DNA of 64,000 bases from Camelus dromedarius (taxonomy: Eukaryota): the NCBI RefSeq assembly GCF_036321535.1, contig NC_087436.1, positions 72,046,001-72,110,000 of the forward strand, read 5' to 3'. Shown here piece after piece: positions 49,784 to 63,590 of this stretch; positions within the stretch are counted from its first letter, which is position 1, and each line of letters starts with the position of its first letter. The notes beneath the pieces were generated by a model. It had not been told where the DNA came from and made no database searches. It worked only from the letters and a program-made list of their open reading frames with translations. A program made the translations under genes and the position numbers.

Positions 49784-52700
49784 AACTGATCACGATTAAG
49801 ATACAACTTTTTTTCACATACTTAGTAGCCATTTGCATTTCTTCTGTGATTTTACTTTTCATGTCATCTGTCTTATTTATTTTAAAATTTTTTTCTTTCC
49901 AGACTTAGTATTTTTCTTTTGTAGACTTTCAACATGTTAAAGATGAATCTTTTGTCATGTTTGTGGCAGATATTTGACACTACTTTAAGTAAGTTTAATG
50001 AATTTTAACTATTACATTTGCCTTATTTTAGCTAGATGAGATTACTTTCTTATTAACTGATAGATGGCAGAATAAAGATGCAAACTTCTGTTTCACTCAA
50101 GAAAGAAGATTTCCTAGGACTGAAAAGGCCATAGCATACTTTTACTTTCATCCGGCTTAGGTTTAGGTGACCCTGAGAAGTAATGCCTTTGTCTTAAACA
50201 TGTTTCATATTTTGATAATTGATCTTCCAACTAGATTTATTGCCTACAACCTTATGCCTTGTGGTATGTGTAATGCAATCAATTTAACCCAAGGCTTATG
50301 AGGAATGCAAGTGGAAATAGTTTTGAGAGTGGAAGAAAGATGCATAAAACTCCATTTTAATATAGAGCTCATAAATAAGGAAGTAGATGATGACTGGTGG
50401 CATTCTCAGTGCTTTTTCAGATTGGCTAAGCAGACTTGAAGTACCTTGAACGCTGTCTTGTAGAATGAGTTGCCTTGGAGGGAGAGGGCCAAGCTCCAGA
50501 TTCCCTGCCTATCTTCAGTTACCACAGCTCGGCATCACCTGCATGCATTCAGCAACAAATGGTTATTATGGGCCACGTCTTAGACTAGCTGATGAGACAC
50601 AGTAAATCTCTGAGGTATGTTTATTTGGGGAAAAAAAAAAAAAGAAAACTACTTCAACTGACAAAAAAAAAAAAAAAGCTTAAAGGCAGTTTTGAAAGTC
50701 ATCAGTAGAACAGAGGAAAAAAAAGAAAGGCTCAGGTTGAGAAAATTACAATTTAGATTTCTTAACAAGAGCCATAGTCTTTTCCATCCCAAAAGATAGA
50801 CAGCTCTGATGTTACAGATAACCCAAAGTCACCTACCCACATAAAGAAAGCCCTAGATTTTATGAAAAGGCTAGAGTTTTCAAGGAGCTGTGAAACACCA
50901 TCACCACCAGATTCCTTGGTGAGGTGAGGGGGCTGCTTTTTTTTATCTCAAGAGCTGGCAGCTTTTACTTCTGAATTGCTTTCAAGAGTTGGTCGATGAT
51001 ATTTTAGTTCTCTTGACAGTTGAAGCTAAAAGAAGTCTAAGCTGCGTGCTACCTGAAGATGCCATTGAAATTTGAGTTCATTGAGGGTTTCACTATAAAA
51101 ACTTGTTTGGAATACATAGTATCCAAGCTTATTTCAGTTACTGAAACTAAATTCAAGTTCCTTTCAGTCCAACTGTGAACCCTAGTCAACCTCATCACTT
51201 CAAAGAGAGACAGGTTTTTTTGACATTCAGTTTTCTACAGATTCGAGTTTATATGTATTTGTATGAATGCAAGCATAGAATTTATGCACTCAAATAGTAA
51301 CACCATTCCAATTTTGTTAGTTTTAGCAAAAGTGACGTGTACTGCTAAACTGTTGTTTCTGTTTTTATTACCCCTTTACTTTGAAGACATTTCAGTATGA
51401 TTGCCTTTTCTGTACTGAATCTGAAAATGAGAAGGAGAAAAAGTATTAAAAATTGGATACATTTTGTGCGCTGAACCTATTAAAGGACCAAGCAGCCCAC
51501 ATGCAAGCTCTTGACTTACTTTGCTATTGTTCTTTGAATCTCTCTTTTCTCTTCTTCATTTAATCTTTGAAGGATGGATTCCAGGAGAGAAAAATGAAAA
51601 TTAATGTACTGAGCCACCTGAAAGGGAAAACAAAACAAAACAAAAAGCAGAGCATTTGTGTGAGAGGTGCTGAGTCAGGAGGGAGCAAAGACAGATTCAG
51701 GGTGATGGTATCCATACATCGCTGCTAATTTCTTCTGCATCTTTATCCATGAGGAAAATGCGAGCATTCTCTTTGGAAGGCCCCTGTAGGAGTCTATGCA
51801 GTAGTGGAATGTCTGTCTTCTTCAGCCTCTTCTGCTCTGCAAATGAGAAAAAAGACCAACTACAGTCAGGAGTCCATCCTACAGAAAAACAAGATAGATC
51901 CTTTGTCCATTCATTTTGCTTCCTTATCTCACTTTGAAAGATTTAAGAAGAACATACAACAGGAGGCACTCACTCAAAAAACTGAATTGAAATTAAACCC
52001 TTGAAATGAACTAAAAATGGACTTCTTTTTCTTGCTGAATGAATACATATATATGTATATGTACATATACACACACACTTAGAATTTAAAAAAAGTATAT
52101 ATATATGTATATATATATATATATATTTCTTGTGTTTAAGCTTTCAGTTTATAAGGATTTTAATTTTGTATGTGTTTGGAGATCCAGCTTTTATTTTCTT
52201 ATAGTCGCTCTGTATCAAAATGTATGACTTTATTCTAGGCAATCTCCAGCTCATTCTGGCACTTAAATTATAACCTGAGCTATTTCTACAATTTAACATT
52301 TACATTTTTTTTTTCAGTTTTAAAGCTTTGAAAAATTTCATTTCAGTATTGCCTTAGGGTTTCTCTAATCTCTCTTTTACTCTCCGTTCCCAGCACCCAC
52401 CCCAGAGTCTCTTCCCAATGTCCTGCTGCTAACCTTTCGACCCCACCACAAGGCTCTGCACATTTCTCCCTACTGAGGAAGATATAACACTCCTACAATG
52501 CATCAGACTCTGTGCTAAAGTAATAACACCATCAGGGAGAAATAGTATGTAACGATGACTCTAGTAAGAGCTAGAATGCTAAGGGAAGACAGAAAAAGAA
52601 AGATGTACAGAGCTCAACAACTTAAATGCCTAACAATTCCTGAGAACTTTCCACCTAGATTCTCCAGGGCTCTGATCGCCGTTCACATGAATTAACGCCT

Positions 52701-53162
52701 GGCTAACAAGCGAATTTTTTTGTGTTGTAAACTCTTTTCAGATACCTTAGTCTTAGGTTGTCTTCCCCTGAAACTGTGAAATATGAATAATCTAAAACAC
52801 TCCCCACCCCCTCCCATCTCTCTTCCCTCCTTCCCTTTCTTCCACAGAATGAGGCATACTGTCTTCTGTCTTCCCTGTGGGCAGAAAATGATAACACACT
52901 GAAGTCGTGTAAGAAGAACCACCAAGCTTTCTTACCTCCTGTTGCAAAAATTATGTAAAGTGCAAAATCCTGGGCACTGTTTTCAATCTGTCAATGGAAA
53001 AACATGAACAGACATGAATTCTTTGTTGTCAATGTTTTCTAAGCCAACCAGACCCAAATTATATATGTTTCCTCACATTCGTTTTTCACTTTCAGACATA
53101 AAACCTTCTCTGCTCCGAGAATAATGTAATTTCTCAGGGCACAGTTACCAAAAGGTATTATA

Positions 53163-53271
53163 CAGTTGTCTCTTGCTATCACAGGGGATTGGTTCCATGA
53201 TCTGCTGTTCCCAAAATCCATGTATAAATGGACCCACGCAGTTCAAACCTGTGTTGTTCAAGGGTCAACTT
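53163..53271. mobile_element. MER8/Tigger2-type DNA transposon fossil, internally deleted
   Basis: cagttgtctcttgctatcacaggggattggttcca...ggacccacgcagttcaaacctgtgttgttcaagggtcaact; TA on both flanks. Confidence 0.75.
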
Positions 53272-54190
53272 TATATAGGAAAGAATTCTTCAGAACTGAA
53301 CATTTAATTTAGATTTACATGTTTATAGGTCTTTTTCAGAAGAATCCATTTATGTGTCTACAGTTAAATTATATACAAGATATTTATAGCTCAGTTCAGT
53401 GATAAAGATTACCTTAAATTTTTGGAGAATTTGCTTTATTACTTCTTCAGTTCTCATATCACTGTTTATTCTGACCTTAGTTTCTGATCCAAAGGCTGGA
53501 GTAAAAATTGATGTCTAGGAAAAAAAAAAGATGGACGTAATTTTAAGGACTTATATGACAACTAACAATAGTCAGCATCTTGAATCTGGCCTTCCTTTGG
53601 GCAAAAAAGTCCAAGATCACCAATTTAAAAACTTGTTTTCCTGTTTTGGTTTCTCTGTTGTTACTGAATATTAAGTATTGTTTCTAGAGAAAGTTAGGTA
53701 AAACATCATTTGAGAATGTTCAAAACATTTTCGCTAGAAAATCACACCATTCTTCAGTGTAGTTGAAGATTTCAAAATTCTCTCCTGGTTGGGAATAATT
53801 GTTCTAGGCTGTTTTTTAGTTTGAATTATATGAAATCACTCCTTTTGGGTTTGGTCAGAAATTGTCCAATGTAGGCAATTTCATACGGTTCAGCCTGTAT
53901 CTCACCTGGGGGTTGGGGTCAAAGTGCTGCTGATGGAACATGTAGAACAATGTTTCCCTCAAGTTGCTCTAATCAAGCCTCTGCCTTTTAGACAAAAGCT
54001 TCCATGGTCAGAAGAGTTGACATATCCCTCTTGGGGATTAGTAACGCACCATAAAAAAGTCATAAAAAACATATAATTTTTTAACTCACAATTTGATCAT
54101 TATTCTTATTTTAAAAGAAATAAAATCCTGAGAGAGATGAAAAAAATCTAGTGGAAAATTTATTTAAAAAAATTAAAAAAAACTGTTTTA

Positions 54191-54298
54191 GGAGGGAGGT
54201 AATTAGGTATTTATTTATTTTGATGGAGGTACTGAGGATTGAACTCAAAACCTCTTGCATGCTAAGCGTGTACTCTACCACTGAGCTATACCCTCCCC
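54191..54298 (-). mobile_element. tRNA-Ala-derived SINE resembling camelid Vic-1
   Basis: Minus strand: ggggagggtatagctcagtggtagag...gagttcaatcctcagtacctccatcaaaataaataaatacctaattacctccc, with A and B boxes. Confidence 0.75.
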
Positions 54299-54299
54299 A

Positions 54300-54880
54300 C
54301 TAAATTTCCAGAAATAAACAACTCATAAGTTTTAAATTGTGTGCCATTCTGAGTAGCGTGATAAAATCTCACAGCATCCTACTCCATCCTGCCCAGGATC
54401 CCCAGCCATTGACAGTGTCTGCTGCTGACAACCAACTGTTGACATCGTCATGGCTTGATGGTCCAAGATCACCAGAAACAAATGACCCTCCTCTTAACAC
54501 AAAGTCAGCACAATCAGGTCAATCGTATCCTAATGCTGAGTCACAATTCCTACATCATTCACCTCACTTCATCTCATCCCGTAGCCATTTTATCATCTCA
54601 TACCCTTACAGAGGTGAGTACAGTCCAACAAAATATTTTTAGAGAGAGGGCGAAAGAGAGACCACATTCACATAACACTTTTTACGGCATATTGTTATAA
54701 TTATCCTATTTTATCACTAGCTATTATTGTTAATCTCTTATTTTGCTTAATTCATAAACTAAACTTTATCATAGGTCTGTATGTGTAGGAAAAAACATAG
54801 TATATACACAGAATTCAGTACTATCCTCAGTTTCAGGTATCCACTGGGAGTCTTGGAATGTATTCCTTGGGACTGGCTGT
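54300..54880. mobile_element. Tigger3 (Golem)-type DNA transposon fragment
   Basis: ccagaaataaacaactcataagttttaaattgtgtgccattctgagtagcgtgataaaatctc...tttcaggtatccactgggagtcttggaatgtattcc. Confidence 0.8.
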
Positions 54881-56219
54881 ATCATAGTCTAAGCCACTGA
54901 TACAGGTGTTGTTCGATGTTGGCATTATCTAGAGGTTTCATGATATGAAAACAACTTAAATTCCTAGATGCCCATCACTGCATATGCATTGATAGAGTGC
55001 TTTGGGTTTTGGGGTTTTGTTTTCTGCTAGTTATTATATTTCAGTGAATAACATTTGTATGTATGTATCTCTAGTTCCAGCTTGATCTCTCTTTCAATCA
55101 ACAGCAATAAAACTAACGTAAATTGAATTCTTCCTTCATGCAGACACTCTGCTAAGTGCTTAACTCACCCCATTCCAGTTAATCCCATCAACAACCTTGT
55201 TAAGAAGGAAGGGTGAGGGAACCCAGGTTAAGAGATTGAGTCATGTTTAAACTTTTCCCAGCAAGGATTTGAAATCAGGGCATCAGGCTGCAACACCCTA
55301 GCACTTAACTACGTGCTGTGCTGCCAGCTTAGTGCCGGTTCATCCTCAGCACTGGGGTCCCGGCTGGAAGCTGCTCATTTGGGACAATGTGGCTTCCACA
55401 GCCTTCTTTAACACAAGTCAGCCCACGAGATGATGACATAGACCTTGATTCTGAGGAGAAGAAGAAACTAGGACAATTGGTAGTTGCACATCTGTGGGGG
55501 ACTGTCAAGGGTACTTTATGGCCAGGAGGAAATTCTTGAGCCAGAAAAATGTCTATTTTGAACAAAGAATTCACAATGGGGGTTTCTTCCCACCAGTCTC
55601 CAAAGGAACATATGGATACCTTCCGAAAGGTAGAAGAAGGAATAAGGTAGAAAGTCTTATAGGAAAAAAGCTCAAGATGAATGAGTCAATATTTTGCATT
55701 AAAGGGGTTAGAATGGTGCCTTGGATAGAGTGAGTGCTTTTTAAGCATTTATTAAATGAATGGATGAATGACTTACATGATAAATTTTGAGTTCTAGAAA
55801 AAAAAGTTATATTTCCTACCTTCAGTAAAGCAAAATGTCTTACAAATACCATGGAAAGGTGCATATAAATTTAACAGATATTAAGAGAAAAAAAATCAGA
55901 ATAAAAATTATATAAACTGCAATTGCACTGTGTAAATGTGAACTGTATATATATAAGACATAGAAAATGAGGAATTTGATTTCTTGGAATAAACAGGACT
56001 ATAGATGAGTTTTCCTTTTATTTAAATATTAATGTTTGAATGTACTTTGAACAGCCATCTTCTGTAGCACTTAGATTATTCTAGTGCTATGTGTGGCTGT
56101 ATTGGTTTCTTGGCCCAAGACCTAAGCTCCATGCTGGCAGAGTTATCAACTGAATCATCTTCATATTTCCAGTGTGTGGAGCGTGGTTAGATACGGTTCA
56201 TCCACCACGTTGGTTAAAT

Positions 56220-56450
56220 TTGGGTTCTGGCCTCAGACAAAGCTGGGTTGGAGTTCAGAGTTGCTACTTAAAAACAGTGTGACCTGTGACAAATTGCCTA
56301 ACCTCTGTGAACCTCAATTAACTCATATGCAACATAGGGAAAATAATGAAGTATTTACTTCATACGATTGTTTTAGTGATTAATGAGAGAAATCAAAACA
56401 GTTTAATGCCTAACACATAGAGAGCACCCAATACTAACAGTAGTATTATA
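56220..56450 (+). mobile_element. MIR SINE
   Basis: ctgggttggagttcagag...gtgacctgtgacaaattgcctaacctctgtgaacctcaatt. Confidence 0.7.
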
Positions 56451-57941
56451 TTTAAGAGTATAATTATTATCACTTTTAACTGCAAGTTGAATTGAGTGAT
56501 ATTGTTAGCACAAATAGACAACATTATTTTAAATGATATTAATGGAATGGTAACTCACTTCATGGTTATAAAAATGTCCGTTAATAGAGGCCCGATGCGT
56601 CTGTCTGTCTTTTCTGTCCAACATCGGGGGCTTCATCCTTTTTCTCACCAGGGTTGCTTCGCTCATGGTTCTGTAGAGCAAGGGGGATTCTGGCTCTTTA
56701 CCTGCAGGAGGCTTCAGAGTGCTACTGTGATAAGATGAATAATCTGGGAAGAATAAAGGTTATAAGCCCAAGTAATTTAGCTGCCCACATCTTTGCAGCC
56801 TGGGTGGATTTGGTTATGTATTTAAAAAGGAATTATGTAGCTAAGCAGTGGACTATAATGCTTTTACACAGAAAATAGTAATGATCTTGTTTAAGAATAG
56901 GGCTGTCTGGTGACACGTGTTCCATTTTACCTTGGAATTTTAATTCTATTGTAATTAGAGTATCATCACATAAGCATGTGATATTTTATATTTCTCTAGC
57001 ACTGTTGCTTTAATACAAGTAGATTTTTGTTGTATCTTTGGTGCCAAGATATTCGGATTCCCCTGTGTTAGATGAATGTCAAAGGACTAATTAGAAGGAC
57101 GCTTATATAAAAGATGCCAAAAGGCCATAAAACAAAAATAAGGAAATCCTGGAAGGCCCATCATGTTTGTTATAAAATCTGAGTTGTTATAGAGACAGTA
57201 GAGGGGGTTGAGAGTGCTTTGGAAAAAAATAACTAAACACTGGAAGCTGGTGGTAGATTCATGAAGATAATGCCAGCAGGATACCCTGGTTCAGTCTGAA
57301 GTCAGCTTGGTAATGTCACCACCCTGGGAACATGAACCCCATCCCCAGCCTCAGACATCAGCTCCTCCTTGGATCTCTATACACTAAATGACAACAAAAA
57401 TGAAAAATACAAGATATCATGCCTGACACTTTAGGGCCTCAGTAAATGACAGATCCTAATATCCTCATTACTACCACGTCATCGCTATTATGACTATTGA
57501 TGTCACATGACAGGAGCTGGCATTTTCCACTGGTTTGTCAAGTTTGATTTGAACTCATTTGATGTTCAAGCGGATTTCTTTTTTAAATAAATGCTTGAAA
57601 CAACCCTATCAAATATAGTGATTCCAGGATATCTGTCTCTTTCTGAAAAGCAATGTTAAATAAATATCTATTAACTAAAATGTTCAACTTCTAAAAAGAT
57701 GTGGAATTCAGTCTGAAGGGCTTGATCTAACATAAAAAGCTACTGAATATAATAAATAATCCTAATCCTCGGGGAAAATGTTGAACAATCTTCTGTACAC
57801 AAACTTTATTCAAACCATTAATTCTCCCTAATCTAATAAATCTAAGTGACTTGATATAACTTTAAAAAAATGTTTTTATATAGCAAAGTAAGGTTCTTAA
57901 ACATCATGTGAGCACTGTAGTGACTTAAGTTAGATGCTCCA

Positions 57942-57945
<4 letters not shown>

Positions 57946-57997
<52 letters not shown>
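57946..57997. repeat. (TA)n microsatellite
   Basis: Direct read. Confidence 0.95.
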
Positions 57998-58000
<3 letters not shown>

Positions 58001-61000
58001 AGTACAGAATGAATCCAATAAGTAACACTATATATAATGTTAAATTTCAGAGAAACATTAGGATTCATGCTTTACATTAGTTAGAAAAATCTCCTCATTA
58101 ACAAGAGTTTGATACTGACCTTCCTGGGAACCTGTTACTTCAGACACTGGAATCTGGGTCCTGTCCAAATCACTAATACGGTAAAGATCATCAAATTCTC
58201 CCCAGCGTGTCATTCCCCTGCAAAGTAATAAATCTTGTAAGTGAGATCAAGTCTATTCATAAAAAGGGCTGTGACGGTTTTCAGATTTACAGTATTAATA
58301 TAGTACTATGGGCCTCTGTAGGTGGACACATTATGCTAAGTTATAACAATTTTTTATGTTATTAAAATTATATTCATACCAGTGTGGTCAGCATGCATGT
58401 TGAATACTTCCTGTACTGATTCTGAGCATATTTTGACACAATAATTCAGTTACACACTGAAACACAAGGTTACATAGATTCTGTAAAACATATGTGCCAA
58501 TGGAATTAGCAGAAACCAACATAATCCATTCTTATACAGATATCCCACAGTGCTCTTACGAGAGTAGATGCAAATGTGTTTGTTCTGCCAACTTGCAATG
58601 AGTTCCTCGTATTCAAAGCACTCTTAGGTAGAGTGATTCTAAATAAGTTACACAGCCTATCTTTCAGGCCCTTGGGCACTATGAAGAATGCAATTTACAA
58701 AAGGAGGAAAGTGTATAGAAACTTCTTTTCTGGAAACCATGATTTATATAGGAATACTAACAATTTTCAATGCATTCTAATGCCCAGAATAAATAAAACT
58801 GGGCAACTGCTTATCTTTACCAGTTGGGCAACACTTATTTTTATTTTCTTTATCTGGCTTTAGATCAGTTACTTCTCTGTGCATTTATCCTTATCTGTAA
58901 AATGAGGGTGATTATAGCATGAGGTAGGATAGGGTTGCTGAGAAGATTAAATGAGTTAATTTGTGTAAAATCCTTGAAAAAGGGCCCAACACATAGTAAG
59001 CACTCAATATGTGCTAAAAATTATCATGATCTTCATTGCCATCCTCACCATAACCACCATCATCTGTATCCATTTTATGATGGGCCAGGAGCCACTAGGG
59101 ATCCAAGATACTCCTGGCTCTCTCCACGGGAAAGGACACTATCATTGCTGGCACCAGTCGTAGTCCTACTAAAAGTCTCTTCCATAATGTTTGTTTTCCT
59201 GTGGCCAAAAAACATTCACCCCTAGGGAATATGCGGCATTAATTCTACCCAAATGCCGCTGGTGGCCACAACACAGGTGCTTACCCATACTAGTGATGGG
59301 AAATCTGAATAAACAGGATCTTTTTTTCCCCTTGAGCTTTGAATTCCTTTGAAGTCTTTTTTTTTTTTACAACTTTCATATCTTTTGAGCCTCACAATAG
59401 CAGCCTTATGAAGGAGATAAGATAATCCTAATGTATTTGTTAATTGATTTTTTTAGGAGGCTCTACTATCCAGAATATAGCCAGTCAAAACAGATGTCTT
59501 AAAAGACCAAGCATTACGGGTAATACCTTCAATTCAGAGGAGAACTATTTAGGTTCTGGCTCAGGCTCTAGTTATTCTGTAACTGATAAAATAATCAAGT
59601 TTCCCCATTCTATAGATTTAAAAAGAAAGATTGTCATAAAAAGAATGCTAGCAATGGACAGCGTAATAGCAATGGAAAGCGTAATCTAAAAAGGCAAAGC
59701 AACCCGATGCTGTTTCCCACGGGGGAAGATGAGGCAGCCCACGTGTGCTAGACCAGTGATGTGCTATAAATTCTTGGTAGTCCTGACCCACTTGACATCT
59801 GTCTTCACTTTCTCACAGCTTATGGTGTCACACAAATACAGAGGAACAAACATGGCTAAATATGTTCAGTGTTTGGCCTTTTTCCTCCCTACCATCTTAG
59901 GGAAAAAAAACCCACCTGTTTTCATCTCTGGATTGTGTAATTTGTAGTGTCACCACATACAGCGGTGCACATGATTAAGCTTGAGGGCAGTTACCTGGAG
60001 TTTTCCAAAGAAAACTGGTTGGAAATTTATGTAATATCAAATAGTTTAACTTGCCCAAGCATGGGGCTGTTAGTATCGCTCTGACCAAGCCTGCAGGATG
60101 TACACTATTAGCAAATTGAAACTGTGGGGAGGTTTTCTAATGAGCTACAAAATAAAAAGGAAGTAGAAATTTGATAGACAAATAGAAGGTGGTCACTTCT
60201 CTACACATATTGTAAAAAAGGAAAAATACTATTGATGTTATTCAGATGTACACCTGTCCAGTTTCTGCTCTTTATGCTGCTCTGCCATGACTTGTGCACA
60301 GCGTGTCAAAGCTGACTTCGGAAAGACATCAGAAACATAAATGAAAACTGGTGCAAACAAACATAGCCTTAAGAAAGGCTGTTTTTCCGGAAGATTTCCA
60401 AAACAAAATACTTGGACCAGATATGAGAGAACAAAGAACTGCCCACAGAATTGCTTCCATAAAGGATCACAAGTGATTGCAGATCAAACTGGTTTATTTA
60501 AAATTTTTTAACATTCCCATTAAGCTGAGTCAGTGTGACTCATTTCAAAGAGAATAAAACAAACTAGCTTGACAAACTGATGATTTTTCTCCAAGGGTGA
60601 GCTGAAAGAAAAGATTGCAGCCCTTCCTGCAGCTGAGTACACAATTGCCACATCTTTCATTCCACATTCACCCACTGGAGATGTTAAATCTGTGATCCTG
60701 TGAGAGTAGATGTATAGGTAATGCCCAGAGAAACCCAGAATGGGAAAGGGACCAACAGGATGTGTTGCGGCCTGAGGGAATGGTCCATTTCCTTACGCAG
60801 TTTCATTCAAAGCTCAGAATTTAAACGAACACCACCATAAGGGTGGCAACAGAGTGAGAGTGTCTAGGATTAGACTGGAGCAAAGTATAATACTAACGTG
60901 TTATGATTGTGTGCTGATTCCCTATAGTGCTATGCACCCCACTAGGGAATCAGAAGCCATTCCAAATGACGCTACACCTTCCAGCTGAATGTTCAGCTGC

Positions 61001-61929
61001 TTCCCACAAAGGATTCTTGGCTAATTAACCACAATTGAATCTAATCTTGCTCTTATGTGCAAGAGGAGTGAGATCTTTTTCTGACAATTCTTGCCCACCA
61101 GAAAAATCCGATATGCTGCAAGTGTACACTTCACTTCAAATGTTCTCCCAGCAAGTCTCATGACTGTGGCAAAGGGCAAGCGAAGTTTCCTAGGGTAGTC
61201 TTTTTTGATTTTAAAGGAGATAATTCCTGTTTGATTCACAGCAATGTTCTGATAAAGAATGAAAAAAGGGCAAATGGATTCCATGGAAGATACATCATGA
61301 GACTGTTCATCTCTAATCTGCCATAGAATATGGAAAGACATTAATATAACTTGTCTACCTGGGCTCCTGAAACTCATTCTCAAATTTAGCATTTCTAGGA
61401 ACAAGTGTTTTGAATTTTAATTTGAGAAATTAAAAAATTATCTTGGGATATCCATTTAAAATTATTACGGCTTTATGTGATAAGTAGCTTACTGCATCTC
61501 CTTGACATCTTCTCATAATTTTCCATACTAATCAAGTTTTCATAATTCACATAATTAAAATGCATCAGAAGGAGCTGGCTGCTCAGAAGAATTTGAATTG
61601 AGTTCTTAGGTAATATGAAGAATGATAGCTAATTTTTCCTAATTCATATCTTGTACAGTTTCCTAAAATCAGAGCTCAGGGATAATTTCTACTTTTAAAT
61701 GATGCTCCTAGTCATTTAAGATCATCAGCCCCGTCAATCATCTAGTTCCTGCAGGTGAGGGATGCAGGGCTCTGTCAGGCTGCCTAAGTCTCTGGTCCCT
61801 CTTCTGCCCTTTCATACATCCTGGACCCTTTGCCCATCGTTAGCTTGGATAGGAGACTAGTCACATGGTAGCTGGAGACAGTTCACATAACAGAGCAGAG
61901 GTAAGTTAACCACCAGGATTCTGTGGACA

Positions 61930-62320
61930 GCATTCAACACTATATTTTGAGCTTCTTCTTTGTGCTGGGCACTGGGATAAAGATGAATAAGGCATGCCCC
62001 TCACCCTTGAGAAGCTCACAGGCTAGAGGGGGAGGCAGGTGCATAAAAATACAATGAACGGCATGCTCTGAAAGTGATACAGAAAAGTTATCAGTGCACC
62101 TACTCCAGACGGAAGGGTCACGAAAGGCTTTCTGGATAACATTACAGACCTGAACCTGAAAGGAATGGTGGAGGGGTTGTGCGAATAGGATTTCGAGAAG
62201 CAGGTAGACTTCAAGGCAGAGTCAGGAAAGTAAGAAACTTCATGATGTGTAGGGAATTACAAGGTGTTTAGAATTGCTGGAGCGTCACGTTTGAGAAAAA
62301 CTGGCAACGTGCAAGTCATA
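61930..62320. mobile_element. L2 fragment
   Basis: cattcaacactatattttgagc...gtgctgggcactgggataaagatgaataaggc...cccttgagaagctcacaggctag. Confidence 0.65.
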
Positions 62321-63571
62321 CAGCAGGACTTCAGTGTTTTCTCCAGAGGAAAAGTGAGGCTTCCTTCAAGGTGACTTCTGATTTTCCTTAGTTATGGCCT
62401 AAGGTCAGACTGAGGAAAAGGTCCTGGCTGCTCTCTCTCCATCTTCTCCCTAACTAGAACTCATCTAGTCATGGACAGGAGGATGGATGAAGAGACGGCT
62501 TGGTACCTCCACGTATACACAGAAGGAGATGAGTCAGACAGTCAGGATTAAAAAGGAAGGGAAGAAGGGAGAGAGGAGAAGAACAAAAAATTTATATGTA
62601 TGATTTATTTGGGAATATTTATTAATTTTTCTAAAAATTATAAAGGATAATGAAAATAACAGTGCAACTTACATGTTCAACCCACACAGAAGACTGCTGT
62701 GTACATTTATTGCACTTCAAATGCATTTTGTTCTGATCCTGTTCAACAGGACACAGCAATCAGATGGAGCATTAGTTAAGTCTCCTTTCCAGAAAGCAGG
62801 AAAAGTCCTTTGTTCCAAGGAGAGGAGAAATTTAAATTTTATCCCTGTTTCTTTTGGCAACAAGGCCAGGGCTAAAGAAATCTTGCCTTTCCGTTTTGTC
62901 TTTTCTAGTGAAAGAATGCAGTCTTCCCGGAAAGGAGGAATGTGGAGAGAGGACAGAGCACGGACTCTGGCGCCCAGAGACCTGAGGTCCAGTCCAGCTC
63001 TGCGCGTGGTATCAGATCTTGCACAAATTACCTAACCTCTCAGAGCCCTGGTTTCTGAACACCTACTTCCTTGAGTTGTTGGGGGATTAGATGAGACGGT
63101 ATTTAAGCTTCAGAGCTTTCATCCTCAAGAATGCACACAATAAAGGTAAACACAAAGATCGTTTTCTAAGGACTGAAAACCATAAAAGATAGCTCACCTT
63201 TTGGAAAAGACGTCTGGTGACTTGAGCACAGTGAAAGAAGGGATTTGCTTCTCATCTTGTATTTTCAGCTGTATAGGCCGTTTTACTCCCCAGAAAATGT
63301 CCAACATTCCTTCAACAATTAGTTTGCCATCTTCAGTCTAGGGAAGAAACCAATCATCTCAAACATTTTTTTTGTACTATTTATGGCGGGTAAATGTTTT
63401 AACTGAAATGTAGAAATGAAATCTGTAAGACATCTTAACTGATAAAAAATAAATCCCCAGATGGGATTGTTTGGCTTTTAAATTTATGTACCAATCAATT
63501 CTATTTTTGAAACATTCTTTTATTTTTGAAAGCAGCTCTATCCAGCAAAGTAAGTCACAATGGTAATGAAA

Positions 63572-63590
63572 TGTCCACCAGAGGGCATAG
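63572..63590 (+). promoter_or_regulatory. Candidate CTCF site
   Basis: TGTCCACCAGAGGGCATAG matches the CCACCAGRKGGCR core within an AT-rich background. Confidence 0.55.

Noticed and set aside
54225..54298. tRNA-Ala gene
   Set aside because: Degenerate stems and an attached SINE tail; it is a retroposed SINE.
59233..59270. 8-bp inverted repeat GCGGCATT/AATGCCGC and an adjacent CTCF-like TGGCCACCAGCGGC on the minus strand
   Set aside because: The stem is short enough to occur by chance, and the motif is one base short in the core.
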